The notes: generated by a model not told the origin, from the letters alone. A stretch of 64,000 nt of DNA from an uncultured Bifidobacterium sp. (GCA_964539515.1 CAZIJO010000002.1:25360-89359); one strand, 5' to 3'; positions 31,306 through 41,818 are shown, counted from the first letter of the stretch. Made by a program: numbers and translations.

Positions 31306-33471
31306 TCAGTACTTTTGTTTGATCTCCGGCTTGGATTTGTCTTCCGCTGCCTGCTCGGCCCGCAGCTCGGAATCCTCGTTTCGAGAATAATAATCGTGGT
31401 AATACCCGCTGTAGTAGTAGTAACTCTCGTCCTGGGACATGTTGATGTTGTTCAGGACAATGCCCACCAGGTTGCCGCCGACTTTTTCGATCAACTGTTT
31501 CGCCCGGACATTCATGGGCTGCGGGTAACGGCGGTATTGAATGACTTGAATCGTCATGTCCACTTCGCTGGCCAGAATGGAGGCATCGCTGACGCCCATG
31601 ATCGGCGGGGAATCGAAGAAAACAAAATCGTAACGCTGCTTCAGCTCGCTGATCAGTTCCTTCATCTGGCTGGAACTCAGAATGCCCAGCGAACTGCTCG
31701 GCAGCTTGCCGCTGGCGAGCAGGTCCAGCGTTGGCAGGCTGGTCCGTTGGACGACTTCCTCCAGGGTGTTTTGCCGGAGCAGGTAATTGGTCAAACCAAC
31801 ATTGTTGGAAGAACGGAGCAATTTGTGCAGCGTGGGACGCCGGAGGTCGGAATCGACGATCACGACGCGCTGCCCACTCTGGGCGAACACCGTGGCGAGG
31901 TTCAATACGGTAGTGGATTTGCCTTCCCCGGCGCCGGCGCTGACCACGGCGGCAGTGTTCAGTTTGTCGTCCTTGCGGGCGAACATGAGATTGGTGCGCA
32001 GTACACGATAGGCTTCGGCGTGCGGGCTTTCGGCACCTTCTTCGATCAGCAAGCCGACATTTTGCGGGATGACCCCGAGTACAGGTGACTGGAGAGTGCG
32101 CTCCACATCGTCAATCGTCTTCACGCTGGTATCGAGGTATTCGATGAAGAAGGCGAGACCAACCCCCACCACCAGGCCGATAACCACCCCAAGGATGATG
32201 TTGAGCGGTTTATTGGGGCGCACCGGTTTCATCCCCGGCTTGGCGGCCTCAACGATGATCACCTGCGACAGTTTTGGCAGATTCAAATCAATCTCAGTGA
32301 CCTCCATGCGCCGCTTCAGAATCCTGCGCATGTCCTCCAAATCGCTTAGATCCCGTTTCTTGTCAAAGTAAGGCAATGTGTCCGTGAGCTTTTTGGCATC
32401 GAGCATCTTGGCTTCCTCGACCGATTTCACCAACTGGTCCAAACCCGCCTTCGCCACCGCGACCTGGGTCTCCATCGCCTTCATGATACCGTCAACCGCC
32501 CGGTTGATCTTCTCATTCAACAGATCCCGCTGCTCGTTAATCCGCGTCAGCTCCGGACTTTTTGGCCCCAGGTCATTGCTCAAAGATTTGGCGCGCTGGT
32601 CGGCAATGTTTAGCTCGCTGATCAACTCGGTCAGGGTGCGATCGGGTTGAATCCTCGGGAGCACTTCGCGCAAAGCGTTCGTGTCGTTGAGGCTCAAGGC
32701 CACCACCTTGTCGTACTCCTGCTTCCGGCTCTTGTAAATCACTTCACGCTCAAAGCGGGTCTGTTCGTATTTCCGGAGCTGCTCCTGCTCCATGAGCATC
32801 TGCGGCGCGTTGCCGGCTGCGTCCAAATCCGAGATTCCCAAATTGGTGCGGAGAATGGTCAACTCCTCCTTTGTCTTGCGGATCTTCTCTTCTTGCTCTT
32901 TGAGTTTGACCTCCAGTGAGTCGACACCGCCCTTGGTCAGCTGCCGGCCCTGATCCAGACGGAATTGCTTGTAAGCCTCGGCAATGGTGTTGGCCAGCTT
33001 GGCGGCATCCGCCGGATTCTCACTGTAAACATTGATGTCAATGAGCATCGTGTTCCGAACCGGCCGCAGACTGAGGCGGCTGCGCAGCAAGGTCAGCGTT
33101 TCCTGCGTCTTGAGTTTTGGGCCGTCATTGTATTTCTTACCCCACTCGGTGTTCAGGTCCAGTTCGTCAATAACCCGGCCCAGGATCAGTTCCGACTGGA
33201 TGACCTCAAATTCCGTCTGGATGAAATAGGGATCGTAAGGATTAAAGCCGACTTTACCGCTTAACTCCTCAATGTCGGACTTATCGCGCTCGATCTTGAT
33301 CCGGGCCACGCTGACGAAGGATTCCGGCAGGATGAAGGTCACCAACGTGGCCGTGATGACAACCAGCAGAAAGACGGCGATAATGACGGTCTTGCGGATG
33401 CGGATGATCCGCCAGTAATCCAGAAAGTGAAGTCGGGCCTCCTGCTGCGGTTGAAATTTCAACGGATCCAT
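31306..33471 (-). CDS. polysaccharide chain-length determinant / BY-kinase (Wzc/GumC-like)
   Basis: Wzz-type N-terminus with TM helix, a long coiled coil, Walker A SAGAGEGKSTT, and a C-terminal tyrosine cluster ESYYYYSGYYHDYYS. Confidence 0.9.
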   Translation of the reverse strand: MDPLKFQPQQEARLHFLDYWRIIRIRKTVIIAVFLLVVITATLVTFILPESFVSVARIKIERDKSDIEELSGKVGFNPYDPYFIQTEFEVIQSELILGRVIDELDLNTEWGKKYNDGPKLKTQETLTLLRSRLSLRPVRNTMLIDINVYSENPADAAKLANTIAEAYKQFRLDQGRQLTKGGVDSLEVKLKEQEEKIRKTKEELTILRTNLGISDLDAAGNAPQMLMEQEQLRKYEQTRFEREVIYKSRKQEYDKVVALSLNDTNALREVLPRIQPDRTLTELISELNIADQRAKSLSNDLGPKSPELTRINEQRDLLNEKINRAVDGIMKAMETQVAVAKAGLDQLVKSVEEAKMLDAKKLTDTLPYFDKKRDLSDLEDMRRILKRRMEVTEIDLNLPKLSQVIIVEAAKPGMKPVRPNKPLNIILGVVIGLVVGVGLAFFIEYLDTSVKTIDDVERTLQSPVLGVIPQNVGLLIEEGAESPHAEAYRVLRTNLMFARKDDKLNTAAVVSAGAGEGKSTTVLNLATVFAQSGQRVVIVDSDLRRPTLHKLLRSSNNVGLTNYLLRQNTLEEVVQRTSLPTLDLLASGKLPSSSLGILSSSQMKELISELKQRYDFVFFDSPPIMGVSDASILASEVDMTIQVIQYRRYPQPMNVRAKQLIEKVGGNLVGIVLNNINMSQDESYYYYSGYYHDYYSRNEDSELRAEQAAEDKSKPEIKQKY

Positions 33472-33497
33472 ATCCTAAATGCTCAATACAAAATGCT

Positions 33498-33527
33498 AAA
33501 AAAAAAGGGGCCAGTAAACCCGGCCCC
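33498..33527 (-). terminator. Rho-independent terminator after the OM beta-barrel gene
   Basis: The minus strand reads GGGGCC-gggtttact-GGCCCC followed by nine T. It begins about 20 nt after the stop at 33548. Confidence 0.8.
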
Positions 33528-33547
33528 TCTCCAAATTGCGCCCTTAA

Positions 33548-34816
33548 TTAATAGGCCGCCGTCACGCCAAAGTACACCCGGTTGCGATTATACTCGCGTG
33601 AGGGCTCATCCGAATCAGCCTGATCCCAGTTATACCCAACGTTGGCCGAGACATACTTGCTGAATTCATAGACCAAACTCAAACCAACGCGATAGTAATA
33701 GTCGCTATCGCCATCCAGGGAGCCGCCGTTGAATTTTGATTGCTGGAAGGAGCCGTTGACGTTGCTGTACAGGCGGGGAAGGATTTCATGAACCCACGCC
33801 CCGTAGAAAACCAGACTTTCGGCATCCAAGACATAGCTGCCGCCCAAGGTCGGACTATACGCGTCAGTCGGAGTCCGCAATAGGCTCACGCCGGCTTCCA
33901 GTGAACTCGTGGGCCGGTACATATAACGCATGCTGCCCTGAACATACGGGCTGACTTTGGTGTCCGACGTCGGGTCGTTGTAATAATCATAAATCTGCAC
34001 CCCGCCGTTGAGTTGCGCCGACAGGTCGGGGGTAAAGGTGTGTTCAGCGCCGATGTAGGCGGTGTAACCCCGGGAGTTGCGCGCATCACTCTTGGGGCTG
34101 AAGAGGGGAACCCCCAGGTATTCGTCCCCCGTGTAATTGGCGGCGGAGAACATGGCACCGAGAATCCCGACCGTCTCGGGTTGCAGCGTCCAGCGACTGT
34201 CCACATGAAAATTGTTCTGGATGCGGTCCAATAAGGCAGAGTTGCTGCCCGGCCCGGAATCATCGTAATTGTAATAAAGATTGCCGTAGCCCACTTGAAA
34301 TCCCAACAGGCTGGTGGCTTGAATGTTCACATCAAGGTCAGCGTAATTGCGGATGTTGTCACCAGTGATGGTCTGCGAGGTCGCAAACGGCGTGTTGGCC
34401 ACCTGCAGGACGTCCGGCTCCTGGCCAATGACAAAGGAATCCTTCAGGCTCGTATTAAGGCGCGGATTAAAGGTGTGGCTCAAGGCGCCCTCAAAGGTAT
34501 GGGCCAGCTGCCAGGGACTGGTCCAGTTCGGATACGGGTTATCGTACCATTTGGCGCTTAGATTGTACCGCATATTCAGCGAGGTCCGCTCGCCCAAAAT
34601 CCCATAGTTCAACGTAGGCTCGAGTTGAACACCGAGCGAGTCCTGCTCAAGACCGTCCGGGGAGGAATTAATGTTATCGTCGTAGAACCCGCGCAACGAA
34701 GCGGCCACGCTCCAAGGTTTGGAGCCTTGTTGACTGGTCAAGACACTGGTGTTAGCCGCACTCAAAACCGAGGTGCTGATGGCTAGTAAACTTACGGAAG
34801 TCGCAAATTTTTTCAT
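33548..34816 (-). CDS. outer-membrane beta-barrel protein associated with the EPS export locus
   Basis: Signal peptide MKKFATSVSLLAISTSVLSA. Tyr/Gly/Asn-rich with alternating-strand character. The C-terminus VYFGVTAAY has an aromatic last residue. Confidence 0.75.
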   Translation of the reverse strand: MKKFATSVSLLAISTSVLSAANTSVLTSQQGSKPWSVAASLRGFYDDNINSSPDGLEQDSLGVQLEPTLNYGILGERTSLNMRYNLSAKWYDNPYPNWTSPWQLAHTFEGALSHTFNPRLNTSLKDSFVIGQEPDVLQVANTPFATSQTITGDNIRNYADLDVNIQATSLLGFQVGYGNLYYNYDDSGPGSNSALLDRIQNNFHVDSRWTLQPETVGILGAMFSAANYTGDEYLGVPLFSPKSDARNSRGYTAYIGAEHTFTPDLSAQLNGGVQIYDYYNDPTSDTKVSPYVQGSMRYMYRPTSSLEAGVSLLRTPTDAYSPTLGGSYVLDAESLVFYGAWVHEILPRLYSNVNGSFQQSKFNGGSLDGDSDYYYRVGLSLVYEFSKYVSANVGYNWDQADSDEPSREYNRNRVYFGVTAAY

Positions 34817-35065
34817 AGATATGTTTGGTTCATGACCGACCCCGAGACAACGTATAGTGAGACGTTTACTGGAAAGGGGTAAACTCTGTCAAATAAATGT
34901 TCGTTTTTTTTCCGCATAGCCCCCCTCCTCTTCTTTTCCCTTTCCACGCCCAATTCCGGCCCGACAAATCAAATGTCCTGTTTCAAAAAGCGACAAGCCG
35001 TCAAGCTAACCGTTCCTGCACCGCCCGGCGTAACTGAGTTTGAACCAGCCCCCCCTACGCGGCAA

Positions 35066-35866
35066 TTACCGTGCAGGTATCGTCAGGCTTTGATCAATCC
35101 GCATGCGCTTGGGGTTCAACCCTGGATTGGCCGCCAGTAATGAGTCCAGTTTGATCCGGTAACGGCGGGCAATGGAACTCGGGGTGTCGCCCGCCTTCAC
35201 CTTGTGGGTCGACACGCCGGTACTGGCAGTGGGGCCCGGGGACCGGCGCTCCGCTGCCAGGCTGCCGACGGAAGCAACGGTTGTCCGCCCACTGGCAACC
35301 CGCGGCGGCGGCTGATTCGTTGGACTAGAACGTGCCGCCAAATCCGTCCGCAACCGTTCCAACTCGGCCCGCAACTGGCCATTCTGCTCCCGCAGGGTTT
35401 CGACCTCTTTCAGCGTGGCCGGCGTCGGCGGCAGGGGTAACACGTCGCTGGCCAGTTTTTGCTTCAGGGCGAGCACATTCTTGCGAACCATCTCTGCATC
35501 GGACGCAACGGGTCGGCGCCGCAAGTACTGCTCGTAGTGATAGATCGCCGCCGCCGGATCCGAATCCTTCTCCGCGTACAACCAGCCCAGTTGCAGGTGC
35601 GCAGCCGCGGACCGCGGATTGGTTTCCAAGGCCAGTTCGAAAGCCTCGATCGCACCACCGTAATTCGCCGAATTCACCCGGCTGCGTCCCACCAAGAACA
35701 TGGGCTCTTTCTCCTCATCCGTCACCCCCGGTGCCGTTGGGGAACATCCCCCGCATACCAAACCGCAGAGCACAGCCAGCACGCCGTGGTGGATTGGTTT
35801 CCAAGAAATCACGTCACCAATGTAGGCAATGCGACCGCGCCAGGCAATCATGGGTTGCACCCGCAT
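35066..35866 (-). CDS. TPR + LysM lipoprotein
   Basis: Start at ATG 35866 (MRVQPMIAW...). The track ORF would otherwise overlap mazG. Lipobox LVCGGC. TPR-like AIEAFELALETNPRSAAAHLQLGWLYAE. C-terminal LysM HKVKAGDTPSSIARRYRIKLDSLLAANPGL. Confidence 0.75.
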   Translation of the reverse strand: MRVQPMIAWRGRIAYIGDVISWKPIHHGVLAVLCGLVCGGCSPTAPGVTDEEKEPMFLVGRSRVNSANYGGAIEAFELALETNPRSAAAHLQLGWLYAEKDSDPAAAIYHYEQYLRRRPVASDAEMVRKNVLALKQKLASDVLPLPPTPATLKEVETLREQNGQLRAELERLRTDLAARSSPTNQPPPRVASGRTTVASVGSLAAERRSPGPTASTGVSTHKVKAGDTPSSIARRYRIKLDSLLAANPGLNPKRMRIDQSLTIPAR

Positions 35867-35933
35867 TCGGGTCGCGAATTTCCCGAGGATCGCCCCTTCC
35901 CATCCGCCCGTGCCATCCCGCAACGCAATGTCC

Positions 35934-36635
35934 TCATTCGTTCTCCACCGAGGGCATCCGCATGCGCTGTGAGGTTCGCCGCCGTTCCTGTTTCCGCCAA
36001 CGAACCTCGCGGCGTTTCGCTTCCACCCCCAATAATTCCTCCGCCGACCACCCGCGCCGCTGGGCATACTCGGCCAGATCGAAAAGTTGTTTGGCAACCG
36101 CCCCGCGGTTGGTCGGGCCCGGTGCCGACCTCCTTCCAGCCCCGATCTGGATCAACCCGGCCTTGCGCGCTTTCTTGACGAGCTTCTCCGCCCGGAGGAG
36201 CGCCGGCAAATGCCTGGGAATGCCGTCGAGGGCGGAGGGACGTTCGTGCCGCGTGCCTTTTTTCTCCGCGTGTTTGATTTTTTCCCAGTTCGCCCACACT
36301 TCGTCCACGCCCTGGACTTTCACCTGCCCGAAGACATGCGGGTGGCGCCGGATGAGTTTGTCCACGAGATGCCGCGTGACCTGTTCGAAATTGAAGGCGC
36401 CGCGCTCCTTGGCCAGCTGGCAATGGAACACGACCTGGAGTAGCAGATCCCCCAGTTCTTCGGCCATCTCGTGGTCATCCCCCGCTTCAATGGCGTCGAT
36501 CAGTTCATACACCTCCTCAATCGCATGATGACGCAGCGTCCGATGATCCTGCTCGCGATCCCACGGACAACCCGCGGGTGCGCGCAGGCGGGCCATAACC
36601 GCAAGCAAATCGTCAATTGCCGCCTTATGTTTCAT
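35934..36635 (-). CDS. mazG: nucleoside triphosphate pyrophosphohydrolase
   Basis: LRAPAGCPWDREQDHRTLRHHAIEEVYELIDAIE..ELGDLLLQVVFH..RRHPHVF: the classic MazG EXXE repeats. Confidence 0.9.
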   Translation of the reverse strand: MKHKAAIDDLLAVMARLRAPAGCPWDREQDHRTLRHHAIEEVYELIDAIEAGDDHEMAEELGDLLLQVVFHCQLAKERGAFNFEQVTRHLVDKLIRRHPHVFGQVKVQGVDEVWANWEKIKHAEKKGTRHERPSALDGIPRHLPALLRAEKLVKKARKAGLIQIGAGRRSAPGPTNRGAVAKQLFDLAEYAQRRGWSAEELLGVEAKRREVRWRKQERRRTSQRMRMPSVENE

Positions 36636-36723
36636 TTTGTAAAACCAGGAACCGCCGGCAAACCACGAACCCGCGGTCGCCAGGATTGCCCGGGCGTTGA
36701 CGGCGGGAGCGTGGGGCGGCTAA

Positions 36724-37872
36724 TCACAAAACCACCAGATCGTCGCGATGCACCAATTCCACCCGGGAATGCTTGCGGGCCCGAATCTCCGTCGCGTCAA
36801 ATTTCGCAATGCCGCGGGCGAATTCGGTTCCGTTCGTGTCGCAGATCCGCACCACGTCCCCGGCCGCAAACTCGCCTTCGCACCGCGCCACGCCCGGCGG
36901 CAGCAGGCTCTTGCCGGCCTCCCGCAACGCCGTCTTCGCCCCGTCGTCCACAATCAACGCACCCTTGGGATGATGAAAGAACGCGATCCAGCGCTTGCGA
37001 CCCTGCAACCGCGTGGGTTGCGCGACAAACAGGGTGCCTTCGTCCTCCCTCCCCAGCACCCGCGCAAGAACCTGCGGCTTGGTCCCCGACGCGATCACGA
37101 GCGGAATCCCGGAACGCACGACGATCTTGGCCGCCTGGATCTTCGACGCCATGCCACCGACCGCGGTAGCGCTGTCCGTGCCGCCCGCCAGCTGCTCAAT
37201 GGTCTCGTCAATCGCGTCGATGACGGAAATCGTGCGCGGGTTGGCCTGGCCAAAATTCGCGATCACCCCCTCCACCGTCGTGAGGATGATGAGCAAGTCC
37301 GCGGGCAGCAGCGACGCCACGAGCGCCGACAGCTTGTCGTTGTCGCCAAATTTGATTTCCGTGAACGAGACGGCGTCGTTCTCGTTGATGATGGGGATCA
37401 CGCCGCGACCCAGCAGCGTGACCAGCGTGTTGCGGGCGTTGAGATGGCGCTCGTGATGTTCGAGGTCTTCGTGCGTGAGCAACACCTGCGCAACGTGCAA
37501 TCCGTGCGCGGCGAAAAGCTTTTCATAGACCGCCATCAGCCGCGACTGACCGACCGCCGCGCACGCCTGGAGCTCTGCGAGTTCGACCGGCCGCTTTTCA
37601 TAACCGAGCACCCCCATGCCCGCCCCGACCGCCCCGCTGGTTACCAGAACCACTTCGCGTCCGGCTTTCTGCTGCTCAGCAACCTGGGCCACGAGTTGTT
37701 CCAACTGCGCGGGATCGGGCTGTTTGCGGCGGTCCGTCAGCACACCTGTGCCCAGCTTGACCACCAGGCGGGAGATATCTTTGAGCAATTCACGGCGCAC
37801 GGGCGATTTGGTAACAAAGCCGCGGCAAAGTGTCGAGGGGGCAGTCATGAGGAGGCGATCGACCGCTGCCAT
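36724..37872 (-). CDS. proB: glutamate 5-kinase with PUA domain
   Basis: LVVKLGTGVLTD; VTSGAVGAG; IPIINENDAV; C-terminal PUA-like GALIVDDGAKTALREAGKSLLPPGV. The exact start among the early in-frame ATGs is uncertain. Confidence 0.9.
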   Translation of the reverse strand: MAAVDRLLMTAPSTLCRGFVTKSPVRRELLKDISRLVVKLGTGVLTDRRKQPDPAQLEQLVAQVAEQQKAGREVVLVTSGAVGAGMGVLGYEKRPVELAELQACAAVGQSRLMAVYEKLFAAHGLHVAQVLLTHEDLEHHERHLNARNTLVTLLGRGVIPIINENDAVSFTEIKFGDNDKLSALVASLLPADLLIILTTVEGVIANFGQANPRTISVIDAIDETIEQLAGGTDSATAVGGMASKIQAAKIVVRSGIPLVIASGTKPQVLARVLGREDEGTLFVAQPTRLQGRKRWIAFFHHPKGALIVDDGAKTALREAGKSLLPPGVARCEGEFAAGDVVRICDTNGTEFARGIAKFDATEIRARKHSRVELVHRDDLVVL

Positions 37873-38020
37873 CGGCTGCCCGTCGCTGGACTGCCCACAG
37901 CGGCCAGTTCAACGCCAGGACCGGGTCACCCAGTACCCGGGTGAACTCGAATTTGTCGGCGGCATTTTTCCGGGAAATTCTCCGCTTGCCACCCATCGGA
38001 TTCTGAGAGAAAATTCGCCA

Positions 38021-38176
38021 ATGCATCCCGACGTTCATCAACACGGGAGAAGGCACCACTCGCGGCGCGCCCGCCCCCAGTGGGTGATTGTGGGATTGGC
38101 GGTCGTTTTGCTCGTTCTGCTGGTCGCGGGGGTTTTCTGGATGCTGTCGAGCCCTGCTTTTGTCAAACCTCGCTGA
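38021..38176 (+). CDS. possible small single-TM protein (51 aa)
   Basis: An ATG at 38021 inside the 310-nt gap gives MHPDVHQHGRRHHSRRARPQWVIVGLAVVLLVLLVAGVFWMLSSPAFVKPR. That is a basic N-terminus plus one clean TM helix. There is no homology support. Confidence 0.3.
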   Translation: MHPDVHQHGRRHHSRRARPQWVIVGLAVVLLVLLVAGVFWMLSSPAFVKPR

Positions 38177-38182
38177 CGCGGT

Positions 38183-40168
38183 TCACGAAATCGCTCCGCG
38201 CCGGCGCAGCACCGCCTCCATCGCCCGGTCCATGAGCAGTTCCGCGAGCGGCTTCGTCACTTCATCCAGTCCGGCACACGCTGCCTGGAGTTTTTTGAGG
38301 TCGCCGGGCTGGGTTTCCGGGTTGCCCCCGGCGACGGCCAGTTCGACTTCCCGCAGGGCCGTTTCGATTCGGGCTTTGTAATCCGAGTCGATTTCGTCTG
38401 TGCAACTCGCAACGCCCTTGCGCGTGGCGGCAATTAGTTCGTTGGCTTTGAGCCGGGCCTCAATCCATCGGCGCGCGGCCAGATCTTCGAAAGCATGCGC
38501 CACCGATTCCTCGACCATCGTCTGCACCGCCGCATCGTCCACGTCCACGGCGGACTTCATCTCGACCAGGCGCTCCCGACCCGTCCGCGTGTCGCGGGCC
38601 AGCACATGGAGGATGCCATTCGCATCAATCTCGAATTGCACGCCCACCCGGGGCACGCCGCGCGGCGCGGCCTCAAACTCGAGCGTGAATTGGCCGAGAC
38701 TCCAATTGTCCCGGGCCCGCTCCCGTTCACCCTGCAGCACGTGAATCAACATGCTGCGCTGTTGATCCACCGCGGTCGTAAACATTTCGCCCGCCTTCAC
38801 CGGAATGGTCGAATTGCGCGGAATGATGACGTTGAACAACCCGCCGAATGTCTCCAGCCCGAGCGACAGCGGCGTAACATCCAGTAAGAGCACATTGCGG
38901 AAGCCGCCCGAGAGGATTTCCGCCTGGATCGCAGCCCCGAGCGCCACGGCTTCGTCCGGATTCTGCGAGGTGTTAAGCTGCGGGCCGGCGGCCGGGTGGT
39001 AATCGGTACCGAGCCGGATCGTGCCCCGCGTTTCCTCGAACTCCGCGCAGCCGAACCACTCGCCCACCAGCTGGCGGACCAGCGGCATCCGCGTCTGGCC
39101 GCCGACGAGAATGACTTGGTCCAGATCCTTCGGCGCCAGCCCGGCATCGGCCAGCGCCCGGAGGCAATGGGGCCGGGTGCGCTCAACGATCCCCCGGGTG
39201 AGCTGCTCCAGCTCGGCGCGCGTAAAGCGGTAGCGCAGGCTGAAGTCTGGCATGAGAAACGGCAGCGTGATTTCAACCTCGGTCTCCGTGGAAAGTCGGA
39301 TCTTTGCCGCCTCCGCCGCTTCGCGGAGGCGTGAGGTAATGACCAACTCATCGTGGTCGCCGACGCGAGGAAGCGGATGATCCAAGGCACGCGGGTTGTC
39401 CGCCGCCTCACCTTGGCGGCTACGAGTCAAATCCGGCCCACCGCCAGCCGCAATCTTCTCCACCAAAAAATCCACAATGCGCCGGTCCAGATCATCGCCC
39501 CCCAGCATGGTATTGCCATTGGTGGACAGGACCTGGAATATGCCCTCATTGAGTTCGAGGATTGAAAGGTCGAACGTACCGCCACCCAGATCATAAACCG
39601 CCACCTTGGATTTCTCCTTGAGTTTGTCCAGGCCATAGGCGAGCGCGGCCGCCGTCGGTTCGTTCAGGATGCGTTCAACGGTCAAGCCGGCGAGTTCGCC
39701 GGCGCGCTTGGTGGCACTGCGCTGCGCGTCATTGAAATATGCCGGCACGGTGATCACCGCCCGGGTGACGGCCTCGCCCAGCGCGAGCTCGGCGTCGCCC
39801 TTGAGTTTTTTCAGCACTGCGGCGGAAATTTCCTCGGGCAGGAAGTCGCGACCATGAATGGGAATCCGCACCGGACCGCTGCCCTGGCCGGTCACGGGAT
39901 ACGTCACCCGCATTTCTTCCGGCGTCAGGTCCGCGCCGCGCCGTCCGATAAAACGTTTCACCGAATAAACGGTTTCGGCCGGCTTGGCCAGGCGGATGCG
40001 GTTGGCCGCGTGCCCGACCACCGGACCGGCGGCCCCGGCGGGCCAATGCACCACCGAAGGCGTGAGTCGGCGGCCCTCGGCGTCCGCGAGGACGAAAGGA
40101 ATGCCGCTGTCCACCGTGGCGACCAGCGAATTGGTGGTGCCCAAATCGATACCGACAATCTTGCCCAT
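38183..40168 (-). CDS. Hsp70-family chaperone (HscA/HscC-like DnaK paralog)
   Basis: [17 protein letters not shown]..; [13 protein letters not shown]; [10 protein letters not shown]; [10 protein letters not shown]. 661 aa. Confidence 0.9.
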   Translation of the reverse strand: MGKIVGIDLGTTNSLVATVDSGIPFVLADAEGRRLTPSVVHWPAGAAGPVVGHAANRIRLAKPAETVYSVKRFIGRRGADLTPEEMRVTYPVTGQGSGPVRIPIHGRDFLPEEISAAVLKKLKGDAELALGEAVTRAVITVPAYFNDAQRSATKRAGELAGLTVERILNEPTAAALAYGLDKLKEKSKVAVYDLGGGTFDLSILELNEGIFQVLSTNGNTMLGGDDLDRRIVDFLVEKIAAGGGPDLTRSRQGEAADNPRALDHPLPRVGDHDELVITSRLREAAEAAKIRLSTETEVEITLPFLMPDFSLRYRFTRAELEQLTRGIVERTRPHCLRALADAGLAPKDLDQVILVGGQTRMPLVRQLVGEWFGCAEFEETRGTIRLGTDYHPAAGPQLNTSQNPDEAVALGAAIQAEILSGGFRNVLLLDVTPLSLGLETFGGLFNVIIPRNSTIPVKAGEMFTTAVDQQRSMLIHVLQGERERARDNWSLGQFTLEFEAAPRGVPRVGVQFEIDANGILHVLARDTRTGRERLVEMKSAVDVDDAAVQTMVEESVAHAFEDLAARRWIEARLKANELIAATRKGVASCTDEIDSDYKARIETALREVELAVAGGNPETQPGDLKKLQAACAGLDEVTKPLAELLMDRAMEAVLRRRGAIS

Positions 40169-40278
40169 GTGCGACGCGCAGTCTGAACCGCTTCTCAGCG
40201 CTAATCGACGCTAATCTTTTGGGACCGTTGCTTGCGCCCGGCTTGCTTCTCGGCTATCCAGCATGGAATTGGCCGACC

Positions 40279-40299
40279 AAAAATATTCTGTTCCCTTTT
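40279..40299 (+). promoter_or_regulatory. conserved box AAAAATATTCTGTTCCCTTTT about 37 nt upstream of the sigma-fusion start (shared with 41773-41792)
   Basis: Near-identical sequence and identical spacing (TGTTCC 36-37 nt before the ATG) upstream of both paralogs. Confidence 0.4.
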
Positions 40300-40325
40300 C
40301 GCGTCCGGCGGACATTACTTGGTGA

Positions 40326-41558
40326 ATGCCGGAAACGGATGACTACCAATTGCTGCGGGACTTCACGGAGCGCCAATCCGACGACGCGTTCACGGCGCTC
40401 GTGAACCGACATATCAACCTGGTCCATTCCGTCGCCCTGAGGCAGACGGGCGATCCGCACTCGGCGCAGGAAATCACGCAAGCGGTGTTCATCATCCTCG
40501 CCCGCAAGGCGGGATCGCTCAGCCCCAAGACGATCCTCTCCGGCTGGCTCTACCAGACCGCGCGGCTGGCGGCGGCGAATTTCCGGCGCAGTCAGGTCCG
40601 CCGGCAACAACGCGAACAGGAGGCGTATATGCAATCGCAGTCAAACGAGGCCGAACCCGAGGCATGGCTGCTGATCGCCCCAATGGTGGACGACGCGCTG
40701 GGGAAACTCGGCGAACGCGACCGGCTCGCCCTCGTGTTGCGCTTTTTCGAAAACAAGAGCCTGGGCGAAGTCGGCGCCGCGCTGGGCGCGAGCGAAGACG
40801 CGGCCAAGATGCGGATCAACCGCGCGCTGGAGAGGTTGCGAAGGCATTTCGGGAAACGCGGAGTGACTCTGACGGCGGCGTTGATCGCCAGTGCGGTCTC
40901 GGCAAATGCCGTCCAAGCCGCGCCGGCGGGGTTGGCCGTGACGATTGCCGCTGCCGCGACGGAAGGAACCTTGATTTCGGCAAAAATAACAACGCTGGTG
41001 AAAGGAACTATGAAAACAATGACCTGGTTAAAACTCAAATTCGCGGCGGGCACCGGCATCGCCATGCTTCTGGCGGCTGGCATGGCGACCGTGGCGCTCT
41101 CCAATGGCAGCCCGAATCCAAACGCCAACCTGGCCCAGCCCGCAGCCTCGGTCCTGATCGTGCCGGGCGCCAGTGTTGGCAAGGTGCGAAAGGGCATGAT
41201 GACGAATGAGGTCGAGGCCGTCCTCGGCAAGCCGGACAAGTGGCAGGGCCGGATCATGGTCTATGACCAAAGCCTCGGCATGTCGGTCAGCCAAGGCAAA
41301 ACGGGAGTGATGGTGGTCTTTTGCGGGGACTCGATGCTCAAATACCCAGGCGTAAAGAAATTCAAGGGGCGCACCAAGGAGGGGATTGGCATGGAATCGA
41401 GTCGGGAAGAGGTCATCAAGGCATTTGGGCAACCGACCAAAGCGCAGCCGTGGAACTCCGGCCAGGAACAATTAGAATACAAGGCCCTGGGACTGACGTT
41501 CACACTTGAGGCAGGAAAGGTCATTAACATTATCGTGGACTTTCGGTCAGGTAATTAG
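40326..41558 (+). CDS. sigma-70-family (ECF-like) factor fused to TM helix and extracytoplasmic domain
   Basis: Region 2 ([56 protein letters not shown]). Region 4 ([41 protein letters not shown]). Then TM helix MKTMTWLKLKFAAGTGIAMLLAAGMATVAL and two BamE-like ~60-aa modules. Confidence 0.85.
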   Translation: MPETDDYQLLRDFTERQSDDAFTALVNRHINLVHSVALRQTGDPHSAQEITQAVFIILARKAGSLSPKTILSGWLYQTARLAAANFRRSQVRRQQREQEAYMQSQSNEAEPEAWLLIAPMVDDALGKLGERDRLALVLRFFENKSLGEVGAALGASEDAAKMRINRALERLRRHFGKRGVTLTAALIASAVSANAVQAAPAGLAVTIAAAATEGTLISAKITTLVKGTMKTMTWLKLKFAAGTGIAMLLAAGMATVALSNGSPNPNANLAQPAASVLIVPGASVGKVRKGMMTNEVEAVLGKPDKWQGRIMVYDQSLGMSVSQGKTGVMVVFCGDSMLKYPGVKKFKGRTKEGIGMESSREEVIKAFGQPTKAQPWNSGQEQLEYKALGLTFTLEAGKVINIIVDFRSGN

Positions 41559-41772
41559 CGCCGGGCATCCAGCCTGCCGTAGCGCCGTGGCTTCCAGCCC
41601 GACGGAGAATTCACCCGACTGACGGAGGCCCTTGGCGCTTTCGCATGTCGCAGAACTTTCGGGCGCTTTACCCGGGCGGCGAGATGCCTGCCTCGACAAC
41701 GCGCTACGAGCTCACCGTTTCCATTGCTCACAGAACCTTGGTGGCCTGAACGAGCGCGGGGTGAGACGATTT

Positions 41773-41792
41773 GAAAATTATCTGTTCCCTTT
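41773..41792 (+). promoter_or_regulatory. conserved box GAAAATTATCTGTTCCCTTT upstream of the second sigma-fusion paralog
   Basis: See 40279-40299. Confidence 0.4.
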
Positions 41793-41818
41793 CCGGTTGG
41801 ACGTCCATGTATAGGTAG

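Noticed and set aside
35867-36097. N-terminal extension of the TPR-LysM ORF.
   Set aside because: It would overlap the mazG coding region by more than 160 nt. The ATG at 35866 is followed shortly by a lipoprotein-type signal.
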